NCBI GenBank assembly: GCA_023213395.1
Contig: CM041465.1
Span: 224,943,741 to 225,007,740, forward strand
Direction of reading: 5' to 3'
Origin: Cycas panzhihuaensis
Lineage: Eukaryota > Plantae > Cycadophyta
Length of the DNA stretch: 64,000 nucleotides
In this document: piece by piece, positions 26,601-39,229 of the stretch
Layout: every line of letters starts with the position of its first letter
Numbering within the stretch: the stretch's first letter is position 1
Program-made: the position numbers and the translations under genes
Notes under the pieces: model-generated
What the model was told of the DNA's origin: nothing
What the model saw: only the letters and a program-made list of their open reading frames with translations
Databases searched by the model: none

Positions 26601-26715
26601 GGTTGGGGCCTAATATTTTCTCTCTAAAAGAAAAGACTTCTTATTTTCTCTATTAAAACTAACTTCACATGCCTATTTGGGGCGGAGTTCATGCTAATAC
26701 ATTAGGCATGCAACA

Positions 26716-27723
26716 CTACAGGACTTTGTAGTGCATGGTCAAGCTTTAGCCTTGCAATGGATTGCAAAGGCTTAACAAGATAATGCTTTGTGGAAAGTAT
26801 TGATTAGGAGAAACATTAAAGATCGTTGTTTAGAAGGGAGAAAAGTTTGGAAGAATCTTGGTTTAGTTGATCTTTTTTTAACCCTTGCCAAGTTGAGAGT
26901 TAAAGGCTCCCTAATATTTCAATCAATTCAGAGGGCCTAGGAATAATTTAATTCTCGCTGCCCCCACCACCCTAAAGGAGAAGAGATAATTGGTAGTTGG
27001 GGGCCTCAAATGGTTGGAGATCTATATAGTGGTCTAATATACAATCTAGATTGGAATCTTGCCTAGCACAGTTGAAATGGTTCCCTCCTTGTAAATGGTT
27101 TAAAAGAAGTAATCATTTTTTGACTAATTTTTGGGATATTAACCATTCCAGGTAGTGTAGGTGGCCTAATTTTAAGAAAATGAAAAGCTAAAAAACTCAA
27201 AGAAGATTGCATTCAATAAAATCTTTGGTCTATTGGAGAAAACTTTCCTCGAAGGTTTGATTGTTTCTAAAAGTGATGCTCGGTGGAAGGATTGTTGGTG
27301 GAAGAATGAGAAACCTTAAACAAAATGCTTAGTCAAAGATCTGTATTCCTCACTTTCTTACTTTGAGTTTATTCTTGAATTTATGTAAGAGAAATGACAA
27401 ATTGGTTGGCCTGCCTCCTATTGGAGAAGCACAGTAATAATAATTTTGAATTCTAAACTTGAGCCTTAAAAAATTAAAATAATATGTTGAATTTACTGAA
27501 GAAAGACTTTAAAAACTGAACCTTAAAGTAGGAGGTTGTGATGTGTAGGAGAGAGGAAAATATTATTCATTTGTTTTACACTAACTATCCTAAGAAAGTC
27601 TAGTTGATGATTGTGCCTAGCATTAAGGCTATTTTCGAGCTGAAGTTAAACTGGAGTATTAGAGGGTTGTAGTTCCAAAAATGTTTTTTTTGATGATGTT
27701 TTGTTAGCAAGCTTGATGGAAAT
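26716..27723 (+). mobile_element. Continuation of the same L1 LINE (post-RT region, zf-RVT-like)
   Basis: Removing 9985-26715 plus one TSD copy restores NGLGLQDFVVHGQALALQWIAKA...LWKVLI. A CDVCRR...ENIIHLF motif lies near 27540-27580. Confidence 0.8.
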
Positions 27724-28122
27724 TGTTGAAGACAATGTCTAATACATGGATTATGTGAGTGGTCATTGTAACCACTTAATGATGTGCTAATCACTTGGTG
27801 ATATATTGTTGTACGCTCTAAATTGTTGTACGTAAGTTCACACAGTTTCTCATAGGTGCACATAAATGTTTCTCATAGGTGAGTGAATAGGTGAACACTT
27901 TTAATATGTGAGCAATTCTTAATATGTGTGATTAAAGACCACAAATTTGTGTATTTATCACAATTTCTCATTGATCCTCTATGAGGAACACATCTCTATA
28001 TATATGTACATTCTAATGTTGAATAATCATTAGAATATAGTATTTTGTATTGCACTTATCTCATGTGTTTGATATTCATCTAGCATGATATCAAACCATA
28101 TTTTCTAACATGGTATCAAAGC
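27724..28122 (+). mobile_element. Isolated LTR plus PBS (truncated LTR element)
   Basis: tgttgaa...ttctaaca (27724-28110) contains a TATA-like tatatata and is followed directly by tggtatcaaagc. No partner LTR is in the window. Confidence 0.65.
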
Positions 28123-29035
28123 AGGAATGAGCTTGAAGTCACCCATGCAAGTATTGTAGGTTCCTTCAATCATAGAGGACATCAAAGTAATCACTATTTG
28201 GATGTAGGGTGTTGCTCTTGCCTTGCATAATACTAATTATTATTTTATGTTTGGAATTTAATAAGGCTAGACATTGGCTTATACATGTTTGCATGGACAT
28301 CACATGCTTGTCCTTATATGTGTGGAGCTAGTTGGCAAATTTTTTTGGGTTAGAACAAATCACAAAATTGTGAATAGATTCAAGGATTGTGTTTGCAATG
28401 GTTGTAGAGCTTGCTTTGAGCTATGATTGACACTAAAGTAGCATCAATGGTGGTGAAGATTTACAATTTGTATGAATTATTGGGGAGAACAATTGAATGT
28501 GATATTCCAAAAGATTTGAAAATGAATCTTGACCATCAAATTGCAAGTTTCCATTACCAACATTGATTTCCCATTATTATTGTTTGCCTTTAATAACTCC
28601 TTGTTTATAAGAAGTGTGAAAACATTAATCTCGTCTAGGAGACAATTCTAAAATGTCATCAATGTATAAAATTGTACCAACTTTTGAGAGCCTATTATCA
28701 TTTACTTAATGATATAAATAGTCTCTGAATTTTGTTACTATTCTGTTGCTTCTTTCATTACCTTTGTTATCTATTTCTTAGAAAGATAACATTTTTGTTT
28801 TCATGGTCTTTCTTCATGTTTGATTTGACATAAATTATCTTTTAGTTTTTGTTGATTCAAACACTTGTTGTCTATGTTTCACTGTTGATTGTTCTTATAT
28901 TTTCCTTGAAAAATGAGATTATGTTGTCTTCTATGGAGAGTACCTTAAAAATTACTTGAATATATTTGTTTTCTTTAACCCCTTTTCTTAAGTTATCGCT
29001 ACTAAGGTTTATGTGATTTCCATTATAATTACAAC

Positions 29036-29052
29036 ATATATATATATATATA
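29036..29052. repeat. (AT)n microsatellite ~90 bp upstream of the PARP2 exon acceptor
   Basis: About 8 AT units, read directly. Confidence 0.85.
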
Positions 29053-29141
29053 TTAAGCTTGATTGGGAGATGTCTTATGTGTTGTGTATTGTTCAAACAA
29101 ACATAATCCTTTATAATTACATCATTTTGGTTTTTATGCAG

Positions 29142-29247
29142 CACAAAGGGAATTGGTGAAACAGCACCTGATCCAGCAGAATCTCAAATTCTTCCTGATG
29201 GAGTTATAGTTCCAATGGGAAAGCCAAAGAAGCAATTAACTACTCGA
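29142..29247 (+). CDS. PARP2: Internal exon of host poly(ADP-ribose) polymerase, PARP2-type catalytic domain, C-terminal part
   Basis: Acceptor ttttggtttttatgcAG ends at 29141 and donor GTGAGT starts at 29248. The exon is 1+105 nt and reads (S)TKGIGETAPDPAESQILPDGVIVPMGKPKKQLTTR with no stop. This matches, from memory, plant PARP2 STKGVGKTAPNPSEAQTLEDGVVVPLGKP, which lies just before the LLYNEYIVY catalytic-Glu motif. Confidence 0.9.
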
Positions 29248-30299
29248 GTGAGTTGATACTACCTCACTAATACTTTTAGCCTAGTGGCAATTGTACCATC
29301 CTATCATACTAGGGTTCCTACTAATGAGTTTTCTAATGAAATTGAAAATGTTTTAGTCAATAATTAGTAAATGATATTTTGTTTTCTAGAGAAGGCACCA
29401 ATCATACCATGATTTTGTTTGCAAACTTGAAAGCGAGCAGATATCATGATATTAGTAACCAAGTGCAGTGCATAAAAACTTATACAAACAAGCACCATGA
29501 TTACCAGTTAAATGGGCTAACAATCAAATATATGGGCAAAGAGATACAAAAGTCAATTTGGAATTTGGCACTTTGTAACAATAAGCTCAAAAGGGTTTGT
29601 TGTGTCCAAGCTATTAGGTATATAGTATAGTTTGTAGTTTGACATTCCCAACTTTAAAGTGCTAACATCAAGTCGTCTTTGAAACAAGCATTGGTGTCAT
29701 TAGAGAATTTGTTACAATTGAAGTTATAATTGAGGCACAAAGCATTTGACTTCTCTAGATTACTAGGAGGGACTAGACATTTGAAGCAATTGTTGACTTT
29801 GTTTGAATTGGATACACAAATTATTAAAACTAATAAGTGTAAGATTTTTTAGTTAAGAAATTTGATGTAGAATCAATGAAAAATACATGTGTAATGAACC
29901 AAATATGAAGATTTCCACTTGATTTTGTATTATCCATCAGTCATGTCGATTAGGCTTTATACTTTATAGTAGGTATTTTATAGGTTGTGCCATTAGGGTT
30001 GATGCTCACAATTTGTGTCAAATTATCTTGTTATGCACTTGTGAGCAAAAGGTGTTTAGAGATTTTTGCCTAGTTGATGGGAGAAGCCACCTAATAGGGA
30101 AAATGCTATATATATTGTTTATTTATCTCATTGTAAAGTATATCTTGGGTTTTTTTAGTTGGGCTAGACCTTTTGAGGGTTTTCCCATTTTATAGGACTT
30201 TGGAGATGGGCCATCTTAAAGAGGGCTAAGCTTTCAATGGTAGAGTTGTTTTGTTTATTGTTGGAATCACTTTTGCCCTAGATTTTAGCTTTTCATTAT

Positions 30300-32753
30300 A
30301 ATTAAGGTGTTAGGATCCACTTATAATATACATTTTCTTTTATGGTTTAAAAATTCATATCAATTATATTTCGAAGATGGTTCATTTTCTATTATATTTA
30401 GATAATTTCAATGGTTGGAAATGTATTTTATCTAGATTGCAAATTTATGAACTAGAAGGTTTTAGTGTGAAATTCTGATCATTTTTGGATTTTGACTTGA
30501 AGAGTGCTATTTTAAGGCTACTATAGTGGTAAATCTTCAATTTTGTTTATTCTAAGAGGTAGCTTGGAGTGAGCTACTCTAAAAATATGTCATATTGTGG
30601 GCTTTGATGACAATTGAAGACAATATGGGCTTTGTAGATCACTAAAAATTCATAATTTTTTAAAGAAATTTTGGAGCTAACTCTTGTGGAGATGGCTAGA
30701 AACTATTATTTTGAATTGATTGGAAACTTGTTTGGAAATTTTGTTCATGAATTGATGAAAATCAACTTGAGAGTGCAAAGTCAATTTTTATCATTATCAG
30801 TGAAGTTATACACTTTTTAGCATTGAATATTTTTCAAGTTATGTTTTATGCACAAGTTTGAAGGTCATATGTTTGATTTATGGAAAACATGGGGTTTCAT
30901 GTTAGAAGTTGGATAAAGCAATTAGTTCAACAAGTATATGATAAATTCATTAAGATCTGACTAAAATATATGAGGATAAAAATGAAAATAGGATAACAAA
31001 TAATAAAAGGTCAAGAAGAAAAGGATGATGAAAATGACGAACAGAAGGAGAAGAACAAGAAAAAGGTTAGGGAAGAAGGTTAAGGATGGGAAAAAGAAGA
31101 AGAAGAGAAAAGAAGTGGAAAGGAAGAAACCCATGCTTAAACATGAAGCAAAAGAGATGGAAGAAGACCATGAAGAAGAGTAGTTGCAACATCATACAAT
31201 TACAAATGATGATGTAAGGGAGGTAAATATCCATGTTTGTTCAAATTCATGTCATGTTGTCTACTTATCTTATTTTATTGGTAGTTTGTCAATTGCAAGT
31301 ATACTTCCTCCAAATATGGCATCATTCAAGAAGGGCCTTATAGCATTTTCCTAACTTAAGATTGAAATGCCTTGTATGCACTTTGATTGAAAGATCTTGA
31401 TCAATGACACTATGGTTCCTCTTAAGCTAAGGTTAGGGTTGAATACGATAAGAAATTACAAGTCCACCTGATCAACATTGCTAGTCTAGAAATGGCAAAA
31501 ACCAATTAAGGCTTCATAAATAATGGAAGTCACTAGATGCTCCTTTTTTCAAGTTAATAGTTTTGATATTATCAATCCCATATTCCATATCTCATTTTTG
31601 TCCACCAAATTCTAATTGGCCTATTTTTGGCAAACATATTCTTATCCAGTATGCTTTCCATCATGTCACTTTATATGAGTATTGACATGATTTCCATTAT
31701 ATGTTGAAACTAATTGTGTTGTGCTTATCACTCCATTGTAGCAGGAATTATGCACCAAACACATCATGGAAGGATCCCTTCTCAAAATCCGAAAATAAAA
31801 CCTTTTTTTTGTGGCCAACAAATAAAACATCGGGTATTCACTTTTTTTTATTTAAATTTCAATAAAACCCCATTGATTATGTGGGACAAAGACAAGGCAA
31901 TGGCCCCATTTTGGCTTGAAACCCTAAATAAAAACAATTAGGGGGTCAAGAAATAAAAACAAAAATTAAACCTAAATTGAACATGTTGAAAACAATGGAT
32001 ACATATGTGTGTTGATCCAAAAACATATATCAAAAGGAAATGTTAAAGCCTAAGTTTGGCAGTTGGACAAACATGGGAAGTGAAATGATTTGGAGAAGAA
32101 ACATTCAAACAAATTTGATTCAAATCGAATTGACAATGATCTTATTCAAGGAGGAGGAGGTTGAAGAGAATTGTGAGCTACGTGTTTTGAGGAGAAAGAG
32201 GCCAAAGAGAACACATCTATATTGAACGGAGCCAAAAGTGATCATTTAGATTGATTTGAGGAGGAACGCACATAAAACCATGAGTTGATAATGTCCATGC
32301 AGAGGTTTGCAAAGTCACTACCAGTTTTTAAAAATTACATAAAACTAATATAAAGTTGTCCTTTATATTATATTGTCGTTTATCATTCTTTTTCAACATA
32401 ATTATTTTTGTTATGCCTTTTATTTTTCATCACTATCAGTTGCATTAAGAATAACTTTTGTCAAATATCTTTATTTTTCTATTATGTCAATTACTTGAAA
32501 AACTAACTTTGTTATTCTTAAGATTTTATATTGTAAAAGCAATAAAGTGAATAACAAGACCATAGTGATTTTATTTTTATTTTCATTTTTATCTCTGTAA
32601 TACATAGTATTTCTATTATTTTTAAACAATTATAAATGTGTATGTTTAAAAAAAAAGGTGTCATTTTTTAGTCCTTTTTTTTTTCAAATTTGTTGAATCA
32701 TCATATTTTTTGGTCCTATCAAATTTTCATTTTGTTTAAAACATGGCTACTAT
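30300..32753. other. Highly degenerate repeat-derived region, possibly a DNA-transposon relic
   Basis: Purine-rich low-complexity tract at 30980-31190. AT-rich tract ending ...catggctactatg (reverse complement CATAGTAGCCATG, resembling a hAT-like end). No convincing protein match. Confidence 0.25.
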
Positions 32754-32864
32754 GCTTTCTAGATAGTTCACAAGATCCACCTTGGCCAAGGTTGTTTGGA
32801 TATTTATCATTTAATATGTGCATTCACATGACATTCCATCCCAAGAATGTAGTAGAATCAGTGT

Positions 32865-33331
32865 TGCTTTGTTGTGAACCTTATTCCAATAATAATAATG
32901 CAGAAGGCCCAATTTTGGTTGACTTCAAAACCTAGAAAGCTACAAATTTGACCAACTTACATAAGGCCAATTTTGGCACTATTTTTATACATAATTTGGC
33001 AGACTTGCATTGGCTAGTTTTGGGCACAATTGACAAACATTTTGGCCGACTTCATACCAACCTAGAAGCTGCCCGTTATATAAAGAGACCTTGGCTAAGT
33101 CATTTGGCATCATTGCAAGTTTTGGACTTTGGTGGAGCTTGCCCTTTTTAGGGAACAAGTATTGTTTATTTTGTCTTCCAATTTGGCTTTCGTATATTCT
33201 ATTTTCATTTTTCACTTTCTGTGAAATTTGCAAGTTATTATACTTTATCCATTCTAGGATATTTTCAACAGTCATCTGTGAAATATTTTCCATTTAGTTG
33301 CTTTCAATTTTAGAGATCTCGTCCTGTTACA
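32865..33331 (+). mobile_element. Solo Gypsy-type LTR
   Basis: tg...tgttaca flanked by agtgt on both sides (32860-32864 and 33332-33336). It carries a ggccgactt motif and decayed variants, followed by tatataaa at ~33077, as in the other Gypsy LTRs. Confidence 0.6.
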
Positions 33332-33541
33332 AGTGTGAACCACTTGCTCTCGGGTTTTTGTTCTATTGTAAGCCAAATTAACTATAACAAGCCCTATGCG
33401 ATGAACCCAAAGCTAAAATAGAAAGGAAATCCTTGAATCATAGTAGAAAACTACAACAAACTCATCCTTGGCCCTAAAGGTGCCAAAAGGAATAAAATTC
33501 AAATCAAAATAAAGTCATAACTCTAAAGTCTAATGAGCAAG

Positions 33542-36500
33542 TGAAGCGAACACTTTCCTCTATCACTCGCGAAATCCCAAAACGTCTTAGAAAAAGACTG
33601 TTGAAAAGTTACTGATGGTAACAATAGTACAAAATTAGTAAATACACTAGTCAAAATGGATAAGGAATGCAATCCGTAGGGCTAGCCAATATTGCTCGGA
33701 ATATGCTCGATTCACCTAATATCGTGCTTGAGATGGCCAACCCTCTTCGAGGTGAGGTTACCTCCAAAAACTGCAGCCCAAATGGGCAAGCTAATTACAG
33801 CCCTAAAAGCCAAATTTATGCCAAGAGAACACAACCACATGGTCATTTGGAATGGGGACTCCAACCCCTACATATAGAGACATTTAATCTTCAAAAGGAA
33901 GTTGGGGACTCCAACCCCTATATATAGAGACATTTAATCTTCAAAAGGAAGTTGGCCAGAAAAGAGACAGTTCACTGAGACTGAACCTAACATGAAGTCG
34001 GCCAGAAGACAGGCCATGACTAGTCAAAGTAGGAGAGAAATTGGGAATGTAACAAGTCCCTCTCCTCTAAAATATGCTTTGACCTCAAAGCATGGGTAGA
34101 TTTAGATGTCGCTGCATCCATTCTTCTGATTCCCATGTAGCATCATATAAATCTAAAGTTTTACACTTAATGAGGTATTCTTTGACCTTCTTGGATCGTA
34201 ATTCTTTTATTCTTATTTGTAAAATCCCCTGTGGTTCAAAGATAATCTTCCCTTCTCCATCTAACTCAGGGACTATTGTTTGAGGGGTTACCTTTTCCCC
34301 TACCTTCTTCTTAAGGCAAGATACGTGAAAAACATTGTGGATCTTGTTTCCCAGTGGTAATGCTAGCTGGTAAGCTACTTCCCGAATTTTCCTAGTAATT
34401 TGATAAGGTCCGAAGAATCGTGGTGCCAATTTTTGTCTATTTGTTTGTTGCATTAATGATTGCTTGTAAGGTTGGAGTCTTAGAAAGATCTAGTCTCTAA
34501 CTATGAAACTCCTTTCAAATCTTTTGGTATCAGCTTGCTGTTTCATTTTGTTTCGTGCTATATTTAAATTGTCTTTTAAAATCCTCATTGTTTGCTCCAT
34601 CTATTCTTGTTGTTCGCGTAGTACTTGTACCTGTGATACTTTCGTCCATGAGAGTATAGATGGTGGCTCATACCCATATAATGCCTGGAAAGGTGCCATT
34701 TTTTTTGCCGAGTGGAAAGTGGTATTGTACCACCATTCAGCCAAATGGAGCCATCAATGCCATTGAGTTTGCTTATCAGAAGAAAAGTTCCTTAAATATC
34801 CTTCTAGGCACTTGTTGACTGTTTTTGTTTGTCCATCTAATTGCAGGTGGTAGGTTGCACTCATATTTAATTTTGTTCCCACTAATTTGAATAGATCTTT
34901 CCAAAAATGGCTTGTAAACTTTGGATCCCGATCACTAACTATAATTTTGGGAAGCCCATGCAAACGATGTATCTCCTTCATGTATATCTCTACTATTTGA
35001 CTTGCTTTTGCCATTGATTGTGTGCCCCTAAAATGCGTGTATTTGGTTAACCTATCTACAACTACAAAGATAGCATCTTTCCCTTCAGACCATGGGAGTC
35101 CCATGATAAAGTCCATTGAAATTTCTTCCCACTTTTTATGTGGAATAGGTAATGGTTGTAGTAATCCTAGACTCTTTACGCATTCATTTTTGTTTCATTG
35201 GCACAAATCACATTCAAAACATAGTTGAGGACGTTTGCTTTTATTCCCTTCCAATATAAAGAATTCAGTATCTTCTGGTATGTTTTATCTATTCTTGTAT
35301 GTCCTGCTGTTGGCACCGAGTTTCTTCTAATATGGCCTTCTTTACTTTAGAACCCGTCGAGATAAATATCTTCGCCTTTCTCAGAATTAATTCTCCTTGT
35401 AATTCGAACTTGGAAGGCTTCTAGTCCTTAATTCCTTCTAATATCTTCTGTGAAAGTGGATCGCTCTTATATTCCTTGACCAACTCTTGAGTCGAGTTGG
35501 GTGTGGCTATTGATGTTTCTTTCAACGAAACTTCTTCATTGTTGTCCCTCAGTAGTCTTGAGAGAGCATCTGCAATGACATTTTCTTTACCCGTCTTATA
35601 TACTATACTGAAATCAAATGTTTGAAGCTTGCTAACCCATTTCTGTTGTTCGTCTAATAATGTTTTTTGGTTTAAGAAATATTTGAGACTGTCGTGATCT
35701 GTCCGAACTATAAACTTATTCCCTAATAAGCACTGCTGCCATTGGTGTATGGCATGCATGATTGCCAATATTTCTTTGTCATAAATAGGTTTGAGCTTCT
35801 CCCTGTTATTTAATTTCCTACTTTCATAAGCAATAGGTCGTTCATTTTGAATTAGTGTTGCCCCTATTCCGAATCCTGAAGCGTCGCATTCTAAAATGAA
35901 TGATTGTGAAAAATCTACTGTTGTTAGAACTGGAGCTATGACCATTGCTTTCTTGATTCTTCGAAGGCACTTTCTGCTTGTGGATTCCATACAAAAGTGT
36001 CCCTTCTTGTAAGGTCCATTAATGGGGATGCAATATGAGCATATCCCTTTATAAATTTTTGAAGAAATCCTGTTGCTCCTAGGAAACTCCTTACTCATGT
36101 CACATTTTTCGATACTGCCCAATTAATAGTGACCTGAATCTTTTTCGGATCTATTTTTATCCCTTCCTTTGTGATAACATGGCCTAAATATTCTAGCTCT
36201 TCTTTTTTGAATGTGCATTTCTTTTGATTTGCATAGAATTGATTGGACTATAAGATTTGTAGTACTGCTTTGATATGGTCTAGATGCTCTTCCCATGTTT
36301 TACTACAGATCAGAATGTCATCAAAGAAGACTGGCACAAATTTCTGCAAAAGTGGTTTGAGAATTGAATTCATAGTGCTCTGAAAAGTTGTTGGGGCATT
36401 CGTCAACCCAAATGGCATGACTTTAAACTCAAATAGTCCCTCATGCGTACGAAAAGTTGTCTTGTATATATCTTCCTCTCTAATACGAATCTAATAATAC

Positions 36501-39133
36501 TCTAATCGTAAGTCGATTTTTGAGAAACACCGTGCTCTGTGTATTTCGTCTAATAAATCATCTATTTATGGGATAGGATAATGGTTCTTTACCATTAATT
36601 TGTTTAGCTCTCGATAATCTACACACATCCTATATGATCCATCTTTTTTTGGATTGACCACAACTGGTAATGCAAATGGGCTTGAACTCATTGCGATTGA
36701 TCCTTGACTTAATAATTCCCTTGTGATGTTTTCAATTTCTCTTTTCAGATGATAAGGGTGCCTGTATGGTCAGATACTTATTAGAGTTGCTCCTGGTACT
36801 AACTCAATGGAGTGCTGATAATCCCGTTGTAGGGGAAGTCCCTGGGGTTCTTCAAATACTACTCTATACTCGTCTATGGTCTTTTGTACCTCTAGTGGTA
36901 CATCATCTATCGCTATCTTATAACAAGTCAATATGTATGCCGATGGATTCTTCTTCAATATTTTCTCCATGCGACGCAAAGATACCAATTGTATTGGAGG
37001 TGTGGGCGGTACCTGTAATTTGTATTTGCTCCCTTTCTGATAGAAACACATGAATTGGGTCATATAGTTGGTAATTATATTACCCAAGGTCTGTAACCAC
37101 TGAATTCCCAAGACTGCATCTACTTCTCCTATAGGCATTGCAAACATACATGTATTTACTGAATAGGCTCCAATTTGGAGATTCACCTTTTGACAATAGC
37201 CTCCACAAGGAGTGCTCTTCCCGTTTGCTATGGATACTTGAAAAGTATTCAAAGATTGTAGTTTTAGTCCTAACTTCTTTGTTGTGGTCCTGTTGATAAA
37301 GTTGTGTGCGCTGCCGCTATCCACAAGTATGGGAACTGGAGCTCCTTTGATCATCCCTTGGAACCTAAGGGTTTCGGGTGTAACACTTTGTCCCATTATG
37401 GCTTGTAGTGAGATTTGAACATTCTCAATATAACTTCTAAAAGTTCATCTATGCCTGCTTCCTCTTCTTGGGTCTGATTTACTTCTTCTTGTTCATCATC
37501 TAGTATTTCTACTTCGTCATTATTGATCATGAATACCTTCTTTGCGGGACATCGGTGTTCATTATTCCACTTTCCTCCACATTTATAACAGGTCCCCTTT
37601 TTTAGATGTCTGACTTTGCTTGTTTCGTTTGTGTCCTTTATTGCTACTGGTGGGTTTACTTTTGTGCCTGATTTGGTCCAATTTAGATTGGATCCCTATT
37701 GTTGATATGATTCAGTTCTACGCGAATAGACATACCTATGCTCTCTGAATTTTACTTCTATGTTCTTCGCATACCGGATTGCCTCATGAATGTTTTAGGG
37801 GTTCATATTCTTAATGTGAAACCTGATTGTTTCCTATAATCCACTAATGTATGTCTCCAGAATGTATTCTGCTGGTATTCGTTCTGGTATTAGGCATTGA
37901 AGCATCTGGCATTGCTCAGTGTATTCTTGAATTGTTCCATTTTGTTGTAACCTTGTTAACTGAGCGAAATAGTTAGTGTTCCATGAATCTTCGTACTATT
38001 TTATTAATCCTACTTTTAGATAGTCCTATGATTCTGGATGGCCCAAGTTGTTCTTTTGCCACCAATAAAGCCACTCTAATGCCCTTCCAAACAAATGCAA
38101 AGATGTTGTCGATATCTTTTCCTTATTCGATAGTTCATATACTTGGAAGTATGTTTCCATTTGTAGTAACCAACTTCGGATGTTCCTTGATCTTTCTAGA
38201 TCAAATTTTTCCAGTGTAAATTTGGTTCCCCTAAGACCTTGATCTAATTGAGAACTCCTATGATTCCGTCGTTCATAGGTAAGACCCCTAAATCTTCTTA
38301 ATTTCTTTTGTTGTCCGTTCCCCTGGTTACCTTGATCTGGGGATTCTTCATTGAATTCTTCCATGTCTTGATGTTTCTCTGTTGATGCCTCTCCTTCTTG
38401 TAGATCCAACTTCTTATTTAAAGTTTCGAACGAAACCCAAATGCTTTTCATTGATGTGATAAGTTCAGACAATAAGTGGGATAATACTTCTTCTATCCTG
38501 CTTCCTTCTGCTTCTATTATTGATGTTTGGCGGTTCACCATCTTGTTTGAGACGACGCTTTTCCCTGACCTTAGTTCCGTCCCTAGGGAGGGGGGGGGGA
38601 GGGAAATTTTGGTCGAATATGTTCAAATTATCTTTGGATTCCTATTTCAAAACGAAGCTCTGATACCACTTGAAGTGAACACTTTCGTCGATCACTCGTG
38701 GAATCCCAAAACGTCTAAGAAAAAGTATGTTGAAAAGTTACTAATGGTAACAATAGTACAAAAATAGTAAATACACCAATCAAAATGGACAAGGAATGCA
38801 ATCTGCAGGGCTAGCCAATACTACTTGGAATATGCTCGATTCACCCAATATCGTGCTTGGGATGGCCAACCCTCTTCGAGGCAGGGTTACCTCCAGAAAT
38901 TGCAGCCCAAATGGGTGAGCTAATTGTAGCCCTAAAAGCCGAGTTTATGTTAAGAGAACACAACCACATGGTCATTTGGAATGAGGACTCCAACCCCTAT
39001 ATATAGAGACATTTAATCTTCAAAAGGAAGTCGGCTAGAAAAGAGACAATTCACTGAGACTAAACCTAACATGAAGGCAGCCAAAAGATAGGCCATGACT
39101 AGTCAAAGTAGGAGAGAAATTGGGAATGTAACG
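33542..39133 (-). mobile_element. Full-length degenerate chromovirus (Ty3/Gypsy, Reina-like) 'C'
   Basis: LTRs at 33542-34054 and 38671-39133; PBS reverse complement at 38657-38668; PPT from 34055; decayed TSD gcaag/ataag. Gag 38026-38541, protease LVDSGSAHNFI (36770-37396), RNase H 35421-36122, integrase 34754-35116, chromodomain KEYLIK...DATWESE (34085-34453). Confidence 0.94.
33853..33955. repeat. 50-bp tandem duplication in the 3' LTR of C
   Basis: tggggactccaacccc...aggaagt occurs at 33853 and 33903. It accounts for the 513 vs 463 bp LTR lengths. Confidence 0.92.
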
Positions 39134-39229
39134 ATAAGCCTTTATATAGTGGCTTATTTTGATTGTTTTAATAAAATTTTTAATGGGTAAAAAGAGAATC
39201 TTTTGTGTTAAAATACAATGAATTTACAA

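Larger units (their letters stand above)
9985..26715 (-). mobile_element. Non-autonomous Gypsy-type LTR element 'A' (LARD-like), host of nested elements B and E
   Basis: Exact TSD ctaca at 9980-9984 and 26716-26720. 5' LTR is 26322-26715 with PBS reverse complement at 26308-26319. 3' LTR is 9985-10149 plus 15720-15948, followed by PPT reverse complement actcccatcccc. The ~2.7-kb internal region has no recognisable pol. Confidence 0.88.

Noticed and set aside
9985-26715. Retrozyme (hammerhead-bearing non-autonomous LTR element)
   Set aside because: I found no CTGANGA...GAAA core conserved in both LTRs of A on either strand. An Infernal search would be definitive.
30980-31200. Possible host exon encoding an E/K-rich peptide
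   Set aside because: Contains stops, has no convincing splice sites and does not fit the PARP2 C-terminus.
31430-31930. Telomere-like ttagggtt / aaaccctaa words
   Set aside because: Isolated single units (telo-box-like), not an array.
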